From a virus, in the IMG/VR virus record IMGVR_UViG_3300044614_002195, positions 32,001-96,000 of that record: a stretch of DNA of 64,000 bases. One strand, written 5' to 3'. The translations under genes and the position numbers were made by a program. Position 1 is the stretch's first letter. Each line of letters opens with the position of its first letter. Below the pieces are notes generated by a model. The model was not told the origin of the DNA. It ran no database searches and was given only the letters and a program-made list of their open reading frames with translations. Below, in pieces: positions 46,501-56,492 of the stretch.

Positions 46501-49500
46501 ACAGATTTAACTAGAAACAGCTACACGGCTGACGCATGGAACGGCACCTCAGGCATACCTCCGGGTTTTTTCTTAGATCAATATACTGGTAAATTTTACG
46601 GTGTATTAGATAGCGCAGAAATACCTACAGATTTGGTACCTGTAACTTATCCTATATTTTTAAAAGCTACAAACCCACTAGGGCAGTCGGAGAAGCTGGT
46701 TTATCTTGTTCTTGGTAGTCCTGAGGGTGCACCAGTAATATCCACAGGTAGCACAATTACAATCGCAAGAAACACGGAATATACATTAGCGTCACCTTTG
46801 TTCACAATATCTGCAACAGGGGATCCTGATACTTATGCAGCTACAGGATTACCTGCAGGTTTGACTTGTGACGAAAGTACAGGAAAAATAATAGGTAGCG
46901 TAAACTCATCGCTATACGCTGGAGTTTATACTGTAACGTTGGAGGCACAAAACGACTACGGCTCAGCCGCACCAATAACGAGGCTTATTAAAGTTCCGTT
47001 AACTTCTCCAACTATATCTCCAGCTGACACTTATACAATATTTGTAGGTGCAACTTATGCAAATATTTTTACAGTAACCCCTCCTCAAATAATAGGTGGA
47101 GAAATTTCAAACATATCTTTGTCTCAAATACCTCCAGGTTTAAGCTTCACAAATAATACGCTCTCAGGCATTCCAACCAATACAGGAAATTTCAACATAT
47201 CTGTTACAGCATCATCTCTTACGCTAGGGATTTCCAGATCAACTGTAGCTATAAGCATAAGCAGGCAGTTATACACTATGACAGGTAGCGTTCTAGACGA
47301 CCAGGGCTCTGGTGTAGCAGGTGTAGGTATAGTTATGCGAGGAGCCACAGGAGCTATAACCAGCAATGATGGCACGTATAGTTTAAGCGATATACCGTCA
47401 GGCACTTTCAATGTTACCGCAGTTAAAGCCGAGGCAATCATTACACCAACGAGAAAAAGCGCTACGTTTCCACCAACAGGAGGAGGATCAACACTTAGTG
47501 GAATTAACTTCACTGCTGTAGGCCCTCTACGATTAATCACAGGAACTTTAAAAAACAGTGTAGACCAGACGCCTATCGCGAATGCAGTGATAAATGACAG
47601 CTTTCAAATAGTAAGAACTAATTCATACGGGCAATTTGAATTGTATACATCTAGGAATGCGGTAACATTGACGTTAACCGCTTCAAATTACATAATCCCT
47701 GACCAACAAGTAAACGCAGGCAGCACTAGTGTAATTTTGAATATGCTCGGCAATCCAATCTACTCATTGGCAGGAACTATAACCGCCGAAGAAAACATAC
47801 AGGGTAGTATTCAGGTGACTGCAATAAATACAGTCACCGAAGAAGAATTTTCTACACAATCGCTAATAACAAACAACACAGCTTACTATTATTTAGACCT
47901 TAAATCAGGTACATATACTATCTTACCTAGTAGTAATAGCCCTCAAGGATTTTCTTTTTTTGGCCTACCTGCCAGTGTTACGATGAATGTATCCCGCATC
48001 GTAAACTTTAGTGCAAATAAGCCTGGGAAAATATACGGTACAGTAGGATACGTGCGTACAAATAGCCAAGACTATACATTCCCACTACCTGGTGCAGTCG
48101 TATCGGCCTCTTTGAATACTAACGCACAGGCAGGACCAGGACTAAGCTATATTGGAAACATCGGGTCAACAGGCTCAGCATCAGCCACAACTAACAGCCT
48201 AGGTGAGTATATATTAGAAAATTTAACTTACGGAACTTATATCATAACTACCCAGCTAGAGGGTTATACATTTGCAGTAGGCTCTGCAGAATTAGGAACA
48301 CAAGCAACAGCTTTAGTTAATTTTATACCATCGCAGGCATTTGATATCTCCGGTAGAGTTTACGGAGACACAGCAAAGTCTATAAATTTATATATTGCCA
48401 GGGTGTATTTAAAAGAGGTATCTACAGGAAAATTATATCGCACAGGAACAAATTTAAACGACGGCACATATATAATACGCAACGTACCCTCAAGCGTAAA
48501 TTATTCTGTAGAACCTCTGGATTATGTTTTAAGTGCAGAGTTAATAGGATGTACTTTTACACTTGAATCAGACCCATCAGGCAAAGTATCCGTGAACAAT
48601 TCGAGTTTATTTGCCAAAGACTTCATACTGGACTCAGTATTACCCATATTACCTCCGACCCCCGAGATAGAGAACATTCAGCTAGCCTCAAATCGCGAAG
48701 CCACAGTATACTATAACATAGGTACAAGCAACGAAGGTTGCCCAGTAATAGAAAAGTATTATGCTATAAGCGAAACACCGGGAGCAACAGGAGCAACAGG
48801 AGCAACAGGACCATCATGGGTACTTATACCTAGTGCATACGGAGCAACAGGGGCAACAGGATCAACTACACCCGGGTTTGAAGGAGGCGTGGCAGGAGCA
48901 ACCGGCTCAACAGGAGCAACAGGAGCAACAGGAGCAACAGGAGCAACAGGAACATTTTTCATAATACCTAACACGTCTATAGTCCTAGGTAAAGATTACG
49001 ATATAAAGCTTAAATCTGTAAATTTATACGGTGAAACAATTTCAAGCCAATATTCTCTTACAACTCCGAAACCTCCTGAGGCCCCAACAATCACATCCTC
49101 TACGGTATTATATACTGTACCTCCAGGCTTAAGTGTGGAATATACGGCTCCGACAGAAACTTACGGTTATTCTATAACTAGGTATGAATGGCGCTACAGA
49201 GTTACTGCAGACTTATTGACTGGCGCAGTATTTAATTCTCCTGCATGGACAGCGTGGGTAGCAACACCAAGCTTAAGTCCGTCTCCTTTAATAATAACCA
49301 ATATTCCTACGGCGCGAATAATCGATATTCAATTGAGGGCAGTTTCAACGATAGGCTCAGGAGTATCTTCTAATATTTTACAAGATATAACCGTCGCAAG
49401 CTCCCCTGTAACGCCAAATAATTTCATATTTCCTGAAGGGTACGATAAGCGGACACCGGAGATGCTGGCTGAAGGAGGAGGTATAAAAGTATATTTTTAT

Positions 49501-52500
49501 CAGGGCGCAAATGGAGGTTCAGAAATAACCGATATTGAATATAGCCTGGACGGCGAAGTAACCACTGTTTCAACAGGACTACAACCGCAAATAAATACTT
49601 ACAACTATTTCATAATTCTCGGTTTAACGGGAGGACAAACTTACACTGTTAAAATACGTGCTGTAAACGCTAGAGGTTACAGTTCATGGCTTACATATAA
49701 CTCTAAAAAAATTATAGCTAAACCTATAAGCTTGGCGCTTAAACCAGAACATTTGGTGGTACATAGCCCTAATCTATATTTAAATTTAAGTTCCACTGAC
49801 GATATTTTTGATACAGGAGGAGCGTTGAGAATAGCTAGCTGTGTTTTTGACATAGCTGTAGATAACGATAGTTGGTCTCCTGATCCGTTAAACCCGGACG
49901 AAGCAAGAACTTTAGAAAATTCAGGACTAGTAATGCTTAGCGATAACCAATCGTATGGAAATTATTTTTCACCCAAAACTATAGTGCTCGCACCATTAAA
50001 CACAACCTATACTCAGTTATATTCTTTTTTAGATGATAGAACTTATTATGTGCGCTGCACTCCTACGAATAATGAAAACCTGACAGGGGAACCTTCACCA
50101 TTCACCAGTGTAACAATAGCTGCCTCTCTACCGACTATCGCTGCCCCGATAAAAATTAGAACCGTGCCAGGCGAAGGATCCCTTAGAGTTACAGCCGCAA
50201 CCGCAGCAAGAAGTATACTTTTAGAGGAAGCAGGAGGTGCTGAACCGAATCTTTATCCTGGCAGCTGGGAGTTCATTAATACACTACCCCCTCTAAGGTC
50301 TGAAGCTAATGAAACTTTACGTTTTGCCGTGGAGGTCAGAGATCCTTTAGACCTTGAAACGTTAATAAGTACGCATTACATATACCCAACTTATACTTAT
50401 GGAGGAGATTTTGACTTACCTAGCTCTGTGCGTAGGTATTTAAGACGGTCATATTTTGCCCCTCCTGTCGATGACTTTTGGGGAAATATAACCGGACTCA
50501 GCGAAGGTCAGCAATATAAGTTGACGTATTATATGGAGAACCCTATAGGGCAGGGCCCTAAATCTAACATATTTATAACAACCAGCCGAGTTGGCACCCC
50601 TCAAAGTTTTGTAGGTGTAACGTTTGGTACGCCAGACATGTTCAACACTATACCTGTATCTTTTAGTCTATCTTATTACATATCCACAGACTACCCTAGT
50701 AGTTTAGTGCAATACGCAGTATATCCTAACGACGAAAGCACTAGCTTATATTATTCTATAGACGACGGGGAAACCTATATATTAATTGATAACTATGTAG
50801 CATCCGAAGGAGACATCGACACAGCGTGGCTAGGTGTATTAGAAGAAAATCCAGATTGGTATCCATATGAGTTATTAGAGACTGTAGATTGGACTATATT
50901 TGCTCCAGACTTTGTAGGCTATGATTGGGAAAGAACGTTAGAAAACGGAGGATTAATTTATCCTCCTGAAGGAACTATAAGAACACTCGATAACGGCGGC
51001 TACTATCCAGGCGCCCTTCGCGAAAGAAGACTAGATAACGGCGGATATATTTATAATTTATCAGAACCGCGCACAGTTGCAAATGGTGGCCTTTTACCTA
51101 ATACGGCAAAATTAAATTGCATGCTACCTACACCAAATAACGGTGCATACCAAGCGACATATTTAATTAAAGCTAGCAACAACCTAGGCGACGGTGTTGT
51201 GCTTTCGTTCTACTCGTTCAGGCGTACACCTACTGAAGCAGTTTTACCGACAAGCCTTTCAGACATACAGCAAGCGCAAGGGCAATTAACCTTTAGTGCA
51301 AGCGATCAAGAAAACTACAGCTCGCCTACAATGCTGCGATGCAGCTTCGCCAATACTCTTATTGTCTACGAAGCCCCGCTGACAAACCCATTTGTGTGGA
51401 CAGATATACCTAGCGGTACATACTCAGGTGGGATTATAATTGAAGCTTACAACAACGCAGGCACAGGAGCCAGAAGCGAAATATCTGGAACTGTAGTTAT
51501 AGCTACACCGTCTCAGCCGATATTAACGTATAACGCTACATATAACGGTCCTATAGATCTTGTTATTGGTAGACCTACCTCAACAGCAGGACAAGCCATA
51601 ACTTTCTACGAAATAACTGTAACTACACAGGAGGAATATGGCGATAGCTGGCAAGACAAGGGCATTAGACAAGCTTCAGTCGCCTACACTGGGCAAATAA
51701 CAAATTACACAATAAACACAACCGGTTATGTTGTAAAAATAAATACTAGATTTTTAGTTGTTGCACGGGCCAGGAACCAGTATGACACAGGTATAAGCGC
51801 CAGTTTGTTTGTCTACCCTCATATGTACGGGAGCATTCCAAGCAGCTACTCGGTAACTCCGGGTGCCGACAAGTACACTTTATCATGGAGGCTAGGGTAT
51901 ACCGGCAATCTTCCTGGAGGGTTTAAAATAAACGGAGAAATCTTAGGTACCCCTCACACATTTACAGGTGAGCCTGGATTATTAAATCGCCTTTATACCA
52001 AAGAGGTACCTACGCAGATATATACAACTCAAACATACGTATTAGAACAATATAATTCGGCAGGATTATCTGTAAATACTAGCGGGCAGCCACAGCCGCT
52101 AACTGTTTACGCTCAAGGGGCGTATAGCCCTGCGCCTCCATTAATAACTCAAGCCTTACAATATAGTGAAAACACCTATCAAATTAATATAGCGGTAAAC
52201 CCTTTATGGAAAACAACTATAAACAACAAAACTATAGAATATAAATTTTGGGTAGAAAATGAGACAAATTTCAACGATGCACCTGTGCAAGGACCATATC
52301 CGTGGGGTTCCACAAATACCAATGAATTGTACCTTCCCGATCTCGTACAGGGAGTCACATATAAATTTGCCTGCAGACTTGCATACGCATATGGCGGTTA
52401 TGGCTTGAGATACACTGAGTACACAGAAGCGATAAGTATAAGTCTTATGCCAAATACCAGCATATCCGGCATATCTATGGACCAATACGCTAATGCTTTG

Positions 52501-53958
52501 ATAGTAAGAATACTAGCAGAAAATGCTGTAAATCTTAGCTACTACATTAATGATGCATACCAAGGCGCAATACCTTACCCTCCTGATGGGTACATAGCCA
52601 TTTGCCCGAGTGAATTTCCAGATGCAAGTATAAGCTTTTTGAATGGGGGAAATTTACAAATTAAAGCAACCACCAGCAATGTGAGTGGTACGTCGGCTGA
52701 GGTTATACAAGACTTTACATATCAGCCTGCAGCAAACGTACTTAATTTTACTCCTCCCCTCGTTACGCTATTATCTGCAACTGCAGGCGTAAATAACTGC
52801 GCAATAACGTTCAGTACGTCCTGTGGGTTAGCGGGCTCAATAAGCTACAAGTGTCGCATAACCGAAACTGATACATTTACATTCAGGGAACTCAGTGTTC
52901 CGACCCCCACGTTTTCCAACGGAGTTTTCAGTGCTACAATCCTGAATCTAATTACAGGTGTAAATTACATAATAGAATTACAGGCTGACTACTACGGAGT
53001 ACGTTCAGTAGCTTGGAGTAAAGGTCTGCATTCAGGAATTATAGTTGGTCCTCCTACAGCCCCTAAAAATCTGTCAGTGGTACCTGCGAATAACTCACTA
53101 ATAGTTAGCTTTCCTGTAGTCAGCGCAGCCACCAGCTATAGGTACAACACCAAAACAGGAACAAACCCAGCAACACAAGATCAAACAGTAACCCATACTA
53201 CGACCGCAGGAATTGTCAGCTTTACAATACCTAATCTAACTAACGGAACACTGTATCTAGTTAAGGTCAAAGCTGTAAATTCTTACGGTGCAAGCCCAGA
53301 TAGCTCAGGAGCAAACGGCATCCCTGCAAATGTACCGTCTACAATAAACACTGATAAGATAGCATTAACTCGTGGAGACCAACAAGTTAATGTCAATATC
53401 TCCCCGCTTCCAGCAAATAATGGAAGCCCTATACAAAAGTTTAAATATTCGTTGGACGGGGGCAGCAATAGTGTTTTGACCGTAAGTACATCGCTACCCA
53501 TAACAATCACATCATGGCAAGGGAGTCCTCTACAAAATGGAGCAAGTTATTCTTTGATTATTGCAGCTGTAAATGCCGCAGGAGCTGGAGTCTACTCGAA
53601 CGTAGTCTCTTTTGTTCCAGCTAAAGTTCCCTCAGCGCCTGCACTAAATGAATCTGTAATTAACGGAAGCTTGAGTGCGATTATACGATTTACAGCCCCC
53701 ACAGATGCAGGCGGCCTGGAAATAACAAATTACGAATACTCGACAGACAATGGCGCTACTTACAAGGCCCTTAGCCCAGCAAGCGCAGTCCCGTCAGTTG
53801 AAGGTTATGCCGGGTTGGCCATAAGAATCACACAGAGGTCTTCTGGTGTAGGCTTATTACTACAGGCTAATACTTTTTATGTTATAAAAGTTAGAGCAGT
53901 GAACGCTGTAGGTCCTGGAGTAGCCTCAAACTACGTAGTAGCTCAACCTACAGCTTAA
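43501..53958 (+). CDS. Giant tail fibre/adhesin, 3485 aa: putative-Ig repeats, carboxypeptidase-regulatory-like repeats, FN3 repeats, collagen-like GAT triplets
   Basis: Five GLPAGL..TG.I.G-type repeats (about 45880-47170), about five .G.V..GTY-type repeats (about 47280-48600), many FN3-type repeats (PxAP, NGGSEITDIEYSLDG, YxxRAVN) to the C-terminus. Confidence 0.85.
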   Translation: MAALEYLTQNSLTAYPFRRSRPAFTTNLQQENYTESLVSDEWFYDIIFVSYSTSIRSVYVSSIEKTEDGRLILGFSNAETLQLIDNRLIEVPADKLENHLNNRAQSFFPVTSTSFSVKIVFGAGLVGSTAFSYTYNLAQTLLAASAVIPCPPKLLSLTFKAFQSERNESGQVISELVPIITYTPSDYSPIWRFGHNLNFALESLNYGGISVEPGGGMGLFDSCTPAGDITDVYTVSNVSPNDEGSLFLNTLACQSLNLLSENDKSFLTLTNQLDNYSEDIIIAGHSLTLKNFCEAKCPRENINAFAHYINRVADAASEISKIAFLDKETRGLGTPTTDIFNASSFCVSNLAEAGATGASSQFNNPFLRCTEVTEPIDTFIDCNASFIKYFHEFRTLQIFYNSVTTRSFIILEVIDENTVRLNESPTAGQNLWFRVKDNGVISNMNCATLAHNQKIELAKKTYFKVRYTTSETQDYDGSQVTVTSLSIGIYNPSALGITSVRVDFNVSPKLTQVGAIKVRKKETVDLMNTAEAVLGCKEYAIVEVAYKIACGEVDADISIQVMDTTGAVEEQIGETYYIPSINGALCVDSPIGATKVTRQLKHSQVTSDFVYPPLPSVVTPQEEWTTSNVTIIGDAPAGFAVSAYQPWTWPSQQNAVEICQTYPKYCLLNGNPLLACGWIKLFYALVPSEIPDNNKSKRYEIIFRNTTASAEELGNLGAYAPLPKYNYSKVVIIWLASPVILSPLGVNYTESNPALIDYDTTYTDENPLLTVSVDNMLRFSEAFPGDDEAYYYIVTGLPAGLTFNEATGAITGKISSDAPSGEKIAITISAHNPDGYAQNPQTIYLQPELRAVPEISLDLTTPGPTFDIDNLTVYTTVASFYKINTVNLPILYYRIYFGAGQSLPNGLYFDQAVGLITGRITSNTAGSLSFEITAINRFGESDRLAISINYEIFSRPQITAPTASQYFNLLFNSVYTIESPLFTITATQAFGGTDNFAEGLTDLTRNSYTADAWNGTSGIPPGFFLDQYTGKFYGVLDSAEIPTDLVPVTYPIFLKATNPLGQSEKLVYLVLGSPEGAPVISTGSTITIARNTEYTLASPLFTISATGDPDTYAATGLPAGLTCDESTGKIIGSVNSSLYAGVYTVTLEAQNDYGSAAPITRLIKVPLTSPTISPADTYTIFVGATYANIFTVTPPQIIGGEISNISLSQIPPGLSFTNNTLSGIPTNTGNFNISVTASSLTLGISRSTVAISISRQLYTMTGSVLDDQGSGVAGVGIVMRGATGAITSNDGTYSLSDIPSGTFNVTAVKAEAIITPTRKSATFPPTGGGSTLSGINFTAVGPLRLITGTLKNSVDQTPIANAVINDSFQIVRTNSYGQFELYTSRNAVTLTLTASNYIIPDQQVNAGSTSVILNMLGNPIYSLAGTITAEENIQGSIQVTAINTVTEEEFSTQSLITNNTAYYYLDLKSGTYTILPSSNSPQGFSFFGLPASVTMNVSRIVNFSANKPGKIYGTVGYVRTNSQDYTFPLPGAVVSASLNTNAQAGPGLSYIGNIGSTGSASATTNSLGEYILENLTYGTYIITTQLEGYTFAVGSAELGTQATALVNFIPSQAFDISGRVYGDTAKSINLYIARVYLKEVSTGKLYRTGTNLNDGTYIIRNVPSSVNYSVEPLDYVLSAELIGCTFTLESDPSGKVSVNNSSLFAKDFILDSVLPILPPTPEIENIQLASNREATVYYNIGTSNEGCPVIEKYYAISETPGATGATGATGPSWVLIPSAYGATGATGSTTPGFEGGVAGATGSTGATGATGATGATGTFFIIPNTSIVLGKDYDIKLKSVNLYGETISSQYSLTTPKPPEAPTITSSTVLYTVPPGLSVEYTAPTETYGYSITRYEWRYRVTADLLTGAVFNSPAWTAWVATPSLSPSPLIITNIPTARIIDIQLRAVSTIGSGVSSNILQDITVASSPVTPNNFIFPEGYDKRTPEMLAEGGGIKVYFYQGANGGSEITDIEYSLDGEVTTVSTGLQPQINTYNYFIILGLTGGQTYTVKIRAVNARGYSSWLTYNSKKIIAKPISLALKPEHLVVHSPNLYLNLSSTDDIFDTGGALRIASCVFDIAVDNDSWSPDPLNPDEARTLENSGLVMLSDNQSYGNYFSPKTIVLAPLNTTYTQLYSFLDDRTYYVRCTPTNNENLTGEPSPFTSVTIAASLPTIAAPIKIRTVPGEGSLRVTAATAARSILLEEAGGAEPNLYPGSWEFINTLPPLRSEANETLRFAVEVRDPLDLETLISTHYIYPTYTYGGDFDLPSSVRRYLRRSYFAPPVDDFWGNITGLSEGQQYKLTYYMENPIGQGPKSNIFITTSRVGTPQSFVGVTFGTPDMFNTIPVSFSLSYYISTDYPSSLVQYAVYPNDESTSLYYSIDDGETYILIDNYVASEGDIDTAWLGVLEENPDWYPYELLETVDWTIFAPDFVGYDWERTLENGGLIYPPEGTIRTLDNGGYYPGALRERRLDNGGYIYNLSEPRTVANGGLLPNTAKLNCMLPTPNNGAYQATYLIKASNNLGDGVVLSFYSFRRTPTEAVLPTSLSDIQQAQGQLTFSASDQENYSSPTMLRCSFANTLIVYEAPLTNPFVWTDIPSGTYSGGIIIEAYNNAGTGARSEISGTVVIATPSQPILTYNATYNGPIDLVIGRPTSTAGQAITFYEITVTTQEEYGDSWQDKGIRQASVAYTGQITNYTINTTGYVVKINTRFLVVARARNQYDTGISASLFVYPHMYGSIPSSYSVTPGADKYTLSWRLGYTGNLPGGFKINGEILGTPHTFTGEPGLLNRLYTKEVPTQIYTTQTYVLEQYNSAGLSVNTSGQPQPLTVYAQGAYSPAPPLITQALQYSENTYQINIAVNPLWKTTINNKTIEYKFWVENETNFNDAPVQGPYPWGSTNTNELYLPDLVQGVTYKFACRLAYAYGGYGLRYTEYTEAISISLMPNTSISGISMDQYANALIVRILAENAVNLSYYINDAYQGAIPYPPDGYIAICPSEFPDASISFLNGGNLQIKATTSNVSGTSAEVIQDFTYQPAANVLNFTPPLVTLLSATAGVNNCAITFSTSCGLAGSISYKCRITETDTFTFRELSVPTPTFSNGVFSATILNLITGVNYIIELQADYYGVRSVAWSKGLHSGIIVGPPTAPKNLSVVPANNSLIVSFPVVSAATSYRYNTKTGTNPATQDQTVTHTTTAGIVSFTIPNLTNGTLYLVKVKAVNSYGASPDSSGANGIPANVPSTINTDKIALTRGDQQVNVNISPLPANNGSPIQKFKYSLDGGSNSVLTVSTSLPITITSWQGSPLQNGASYSLIIAAVNAAGAGVYSNVVSFVPAKVPSAPALNESVINGSLSAIIRFTAPTDAGGLEITNYEYSTDNGATYKALSPASAVPSVEGYAGLAIRITQRSSGVGLLLQANTFYVIKVRAVNAVGPGVASNYVVAQPTA
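48781..48954 (+). repeat. ggagcaaca repeats encoding Gly-Ala-Thr triplets
   Basis: Three clusters of GAT/GST triplets within the fibre gene. Confidence 0.92.
50932..51100 (+). repeat. Four degenerate peptide repeats R-[TR]-[LV]-x-N-G-G
   Basis: RTLENGGLIY, RTLDNGGYY, RRLDNGGYIY, RTVANGGLL. Confidence 0.8.
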
Positions 53959-54006
53959 ACGTAATTTTTCTTGATCACTAGCGTCCTTAAGTAATATTAT
54001 AAATTT

Positions 54007-56487
54007 ATGTCCATTATTGCCTTAGGATTTAACAATAAAAATCAATTCAGGAAATTTCCTCTTAAGCAGGGCAGCATTTTTAAATCAACGTCAGGCCACA
54101 TAGTTCCAGACGAGCTATTGGTAAATTGCTCATTAACATCTGTGTATGGTAGACATAGAGTATACATTAAACAAACAACTTTCATAAAAAATACTTTAAG
54201 TATAGCTATAGCGTCCTGGTTTGACGGCAGTCTATTAGGTGTTTTTTCTGGCCAAATAAGCTCAGAAGGTAATACTGTATTAACATTAAAAGCGTTTGAG
54301 CGGTTTGTTTCAGGTAATATCTCTATAGGTAAAATAGATAACTTTATACTCTTGCCTTCAGCTTTAACATTTGAGCGAGAAGCCACCGAGCTAGAAGAAT
54401 CAGTCATATTCTGCTATACTCCACCGGCAGTTAAAAGTATATCAGATAAACTGAATACAGAGCTTAGAGGTAGTGTAAATTTTGGAAACTTATTAAATTT
54501 AACAAAAAACACAGAGAATAAATTTACTAAATTTGCAGTTAATAATTTTAACAACATTATCAATAGCGCAGACAAGTCATCTTATTTAGACAATTGCGAT
54601 ACACCAAAAATTAAAAGTATAAATAATGCAAAGCCAGCTGTGCTTGGGGGAGATTCGACAAATACAGGAAACATTTATTTCATAGGAGTTAAACCTTTAA
54701 CATTTTCAGGTATACCTGCGGGAAATACCAACACGCCTGAAAACGGCTCGATTTTTGTGGACTCTCCAGATTTAACACTTAATGATGTGTGCGTTTTAAA
54801 GCACAGTATATTACCTCCTGTAGATATATCCGGGTTCTCGCTGAATAGCTCGGAATTTATAAATAAATATTACAGTAAGCCGGCATTACCAGCTGTACCT
54901 GCCAACCCTGAAGATAAAAATTATCCGTTATATCGTCCACAAAGATTTGCGGGGAATGTATACTCTACAAATTTACCTGAGTTCTATTACTGGCCGCAAT
55001 TTGCGCAATCGGAATACTATTACAGCTGGAACACCCCAGAATCACCAGGAGCAACAGGCGCTACCGGCGCCACCGGCGCAACAGGCTCATCCGGCTCAAC
55101 AGGAGCAACGGGAGACCAAAACCCAGCCTACGGTACTCCACTGCAGTTAGGTGTTACCAGTTATATATCAATAGACGGAAAAAACTACAGAAATGGTACT
55201 TATACTGTTTTTGCGGACGGTAATGGAGGCACCTATACAGGTAATTTCGTTAGACCTGTGAGCGGAGTTGTCTTAGGTATAGAGTTTAATTATCTTATAA
55301 TTGAAGAAGAGAATGTTAAAGTAATCAATGGAAGAAAAACATATACAGCTGATGGCCTAGGAGGATACAGCACTCAAACGCAATGCCCTGAAAGCGGCAC
55401 GCTACTTTTTTCTAGAGATAATGGAGATCTTTATACAGCCAATGGTGAGTGTGGTAGTTTATTTACTTCAGGGCTATCAGAAAATAGAACCGAGAGTCTT
55501 TTGACAAATTACGCAGAAGTAGGCGGTGAAATTTGCGCACTGAGCCAGTTAGTAGTTAATACTGAAAATGGAGAGCAAACATATCTAGTTAAAGATTTGA
55601 CTGAAGGGCAGATAGTTAGGTCTGTTAATTATTATATAACTGACAGTAATAACCCTGAGCGTATAGGTGGAGCGTATACACGTATAGACTATATCTTTTC
55701 AGAAGGACAAATTGTCGCAGAACAAATATGCCCTGATGCGAATGTGGAGCTATTCAGATCTCAAGATGGTTATAAATATGTAACTGACGGTAGCTGTAAT
55801 TACAGTGTGGCTAGGCTTCTGCCTGAAGACTTTGAAGGAAACCAGTACCCATCGAAGGGCACCTCGCTAGGGTCTCAGCGCTGGCTTGTATACGTATTAG
55901 ATGAGACTTTTGATATAGGTGCAATTGAAAAGATAGCCGACGGCAATGGTGGCTACTCTGAAGTGCAAACAGTAGAGCGTGTCGGGTATTTAAAAACAAA
56001 AGATATATTTACTAAAATACAAGAAAACTACTTCAAAGTAGGTACGGAAGATTACGCTGTGAATCCAGACGGATCCTTATATTATACTACTACGTATATT
56101 CCGGTTAATACCTTCCTGTGGGCGTTTGCAGGAGTATATTACTACACGAACGGTTTTGGAGGGTATAATGAAATTGACACGCGTAGCGCTCCCGCAACAC
56201 CTTCCCTACTAAATGTAACCAGCGAAAACGGAAATATACTTATAACCTTTACAATAGGACAAAATGAGAGTCTAAAGAACCCAAACTACATGTACAGTAC
56301 TGACGGCGGCGTAACGTACGTAGACGTAAGCCACATAATGCAAGACAACACCGGCAGTATTTCTATTACATCACAGAGCAATAATGCTCAACAATTGAGA
56401 ACAAATATTCTTTATAGGGTCAGAATCAAAGCGTATAATCAATACGCAACAAGCCCCGCTAGCTCCGTAGTCACAATTACTCTGTAA
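54007..56487 (+). CDS. Fibre-associated protein (paralog member) with GAT triplets, DGxGG repeats and C-terminal FN3-like domain
   Basis: FNNKNQFRKFPL N-terminus; GATGATGATGAT; repeated ADGNGG/ADGLGG; PATPSLL..YMYSTDGG..YRVRIKAYN. Confidence 0.7.
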   Translation: MSIIALGFNNKNQFRKFPLKQGSIFKSTSGHIVPDELLVNCSLTSVYGRHRVYIKQTTFIKNTLSIAIASWFDGSLLGVFSGQISSEGNTVLTLKAFERFVSGNISIGKIDNFILLPSALTFEREATELEESVIFCYTPPAVKSISDKLNTELRGSVNFGNLLNLTKNTENKFTKFAVNNFNNIINSADKSSYLDNCDTPKIKSINNAKPAVLGGDSTNTGNIYFIGVKPLTFSGIPAGNTNTPENGSIFVDSPDLTLNDVCVLKHSILPPVDISGFSLNSSEFINKYYSKPALPAVPANPEDKNYPLYRPQRFAGNVYSTNLPEFYYWPQFAQSEYYYSWNTPESPGATGATGATGATGSSGSTGATGDQNPAYGTPLQLGVTSYISIDGKNYRNGTYTVFADGNGGTYTGNFVRPVSGVVLGIEFNYLIIEEENVKVINGRKTYTADGLGGYSTQTQCPESGTLLFSRDNGDLYTANGECGSLFTSGLSENRTESLLTNYAEVGGEICALSQLVVNTENGEQTYLVKDLTEGQIVRSVNYYITDSNNPERIGGAYTRIDYIFSEGQIVAEQICPDANVELFRSQDGYKYVTDGSCNYSVARLLPEDFEGNQYPSKGTSLGSQRWLVYVLDETFDIGAIEKIADGNGGYSEVQTVERVGYLKTKDIFTKIQENYFKVGTEDYAVNPDGSLYYTTTYIPVNTFLWAFAGVYYYTNGFGGYNEIDTRSAPATPSLLNVTSENGNILITFTIGQNESLKNPNYMYSTDGGVTYVDVSHIMQDNTGSISITSQSNNAQQLRTNILYRVRIKAYNQYATSPASSVVTITL
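55048..55113 (+). repeat. Gly-X-Thr/Ser triplet run
   Basis: GATGATGATGATGSSGSTGATG. Confidence 0.9.
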
Positions 56488-56492
56488 AAAAT

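Noticed and set aside
53600-56487. Similar C-termini of the two fibre genes as a possible DGR template/variable pair or invertible cassette
   Set aside because: Similarity is at protein (FN3) level only; no near-identical DNA repeat, reverse transcriptase or invertase in the window.
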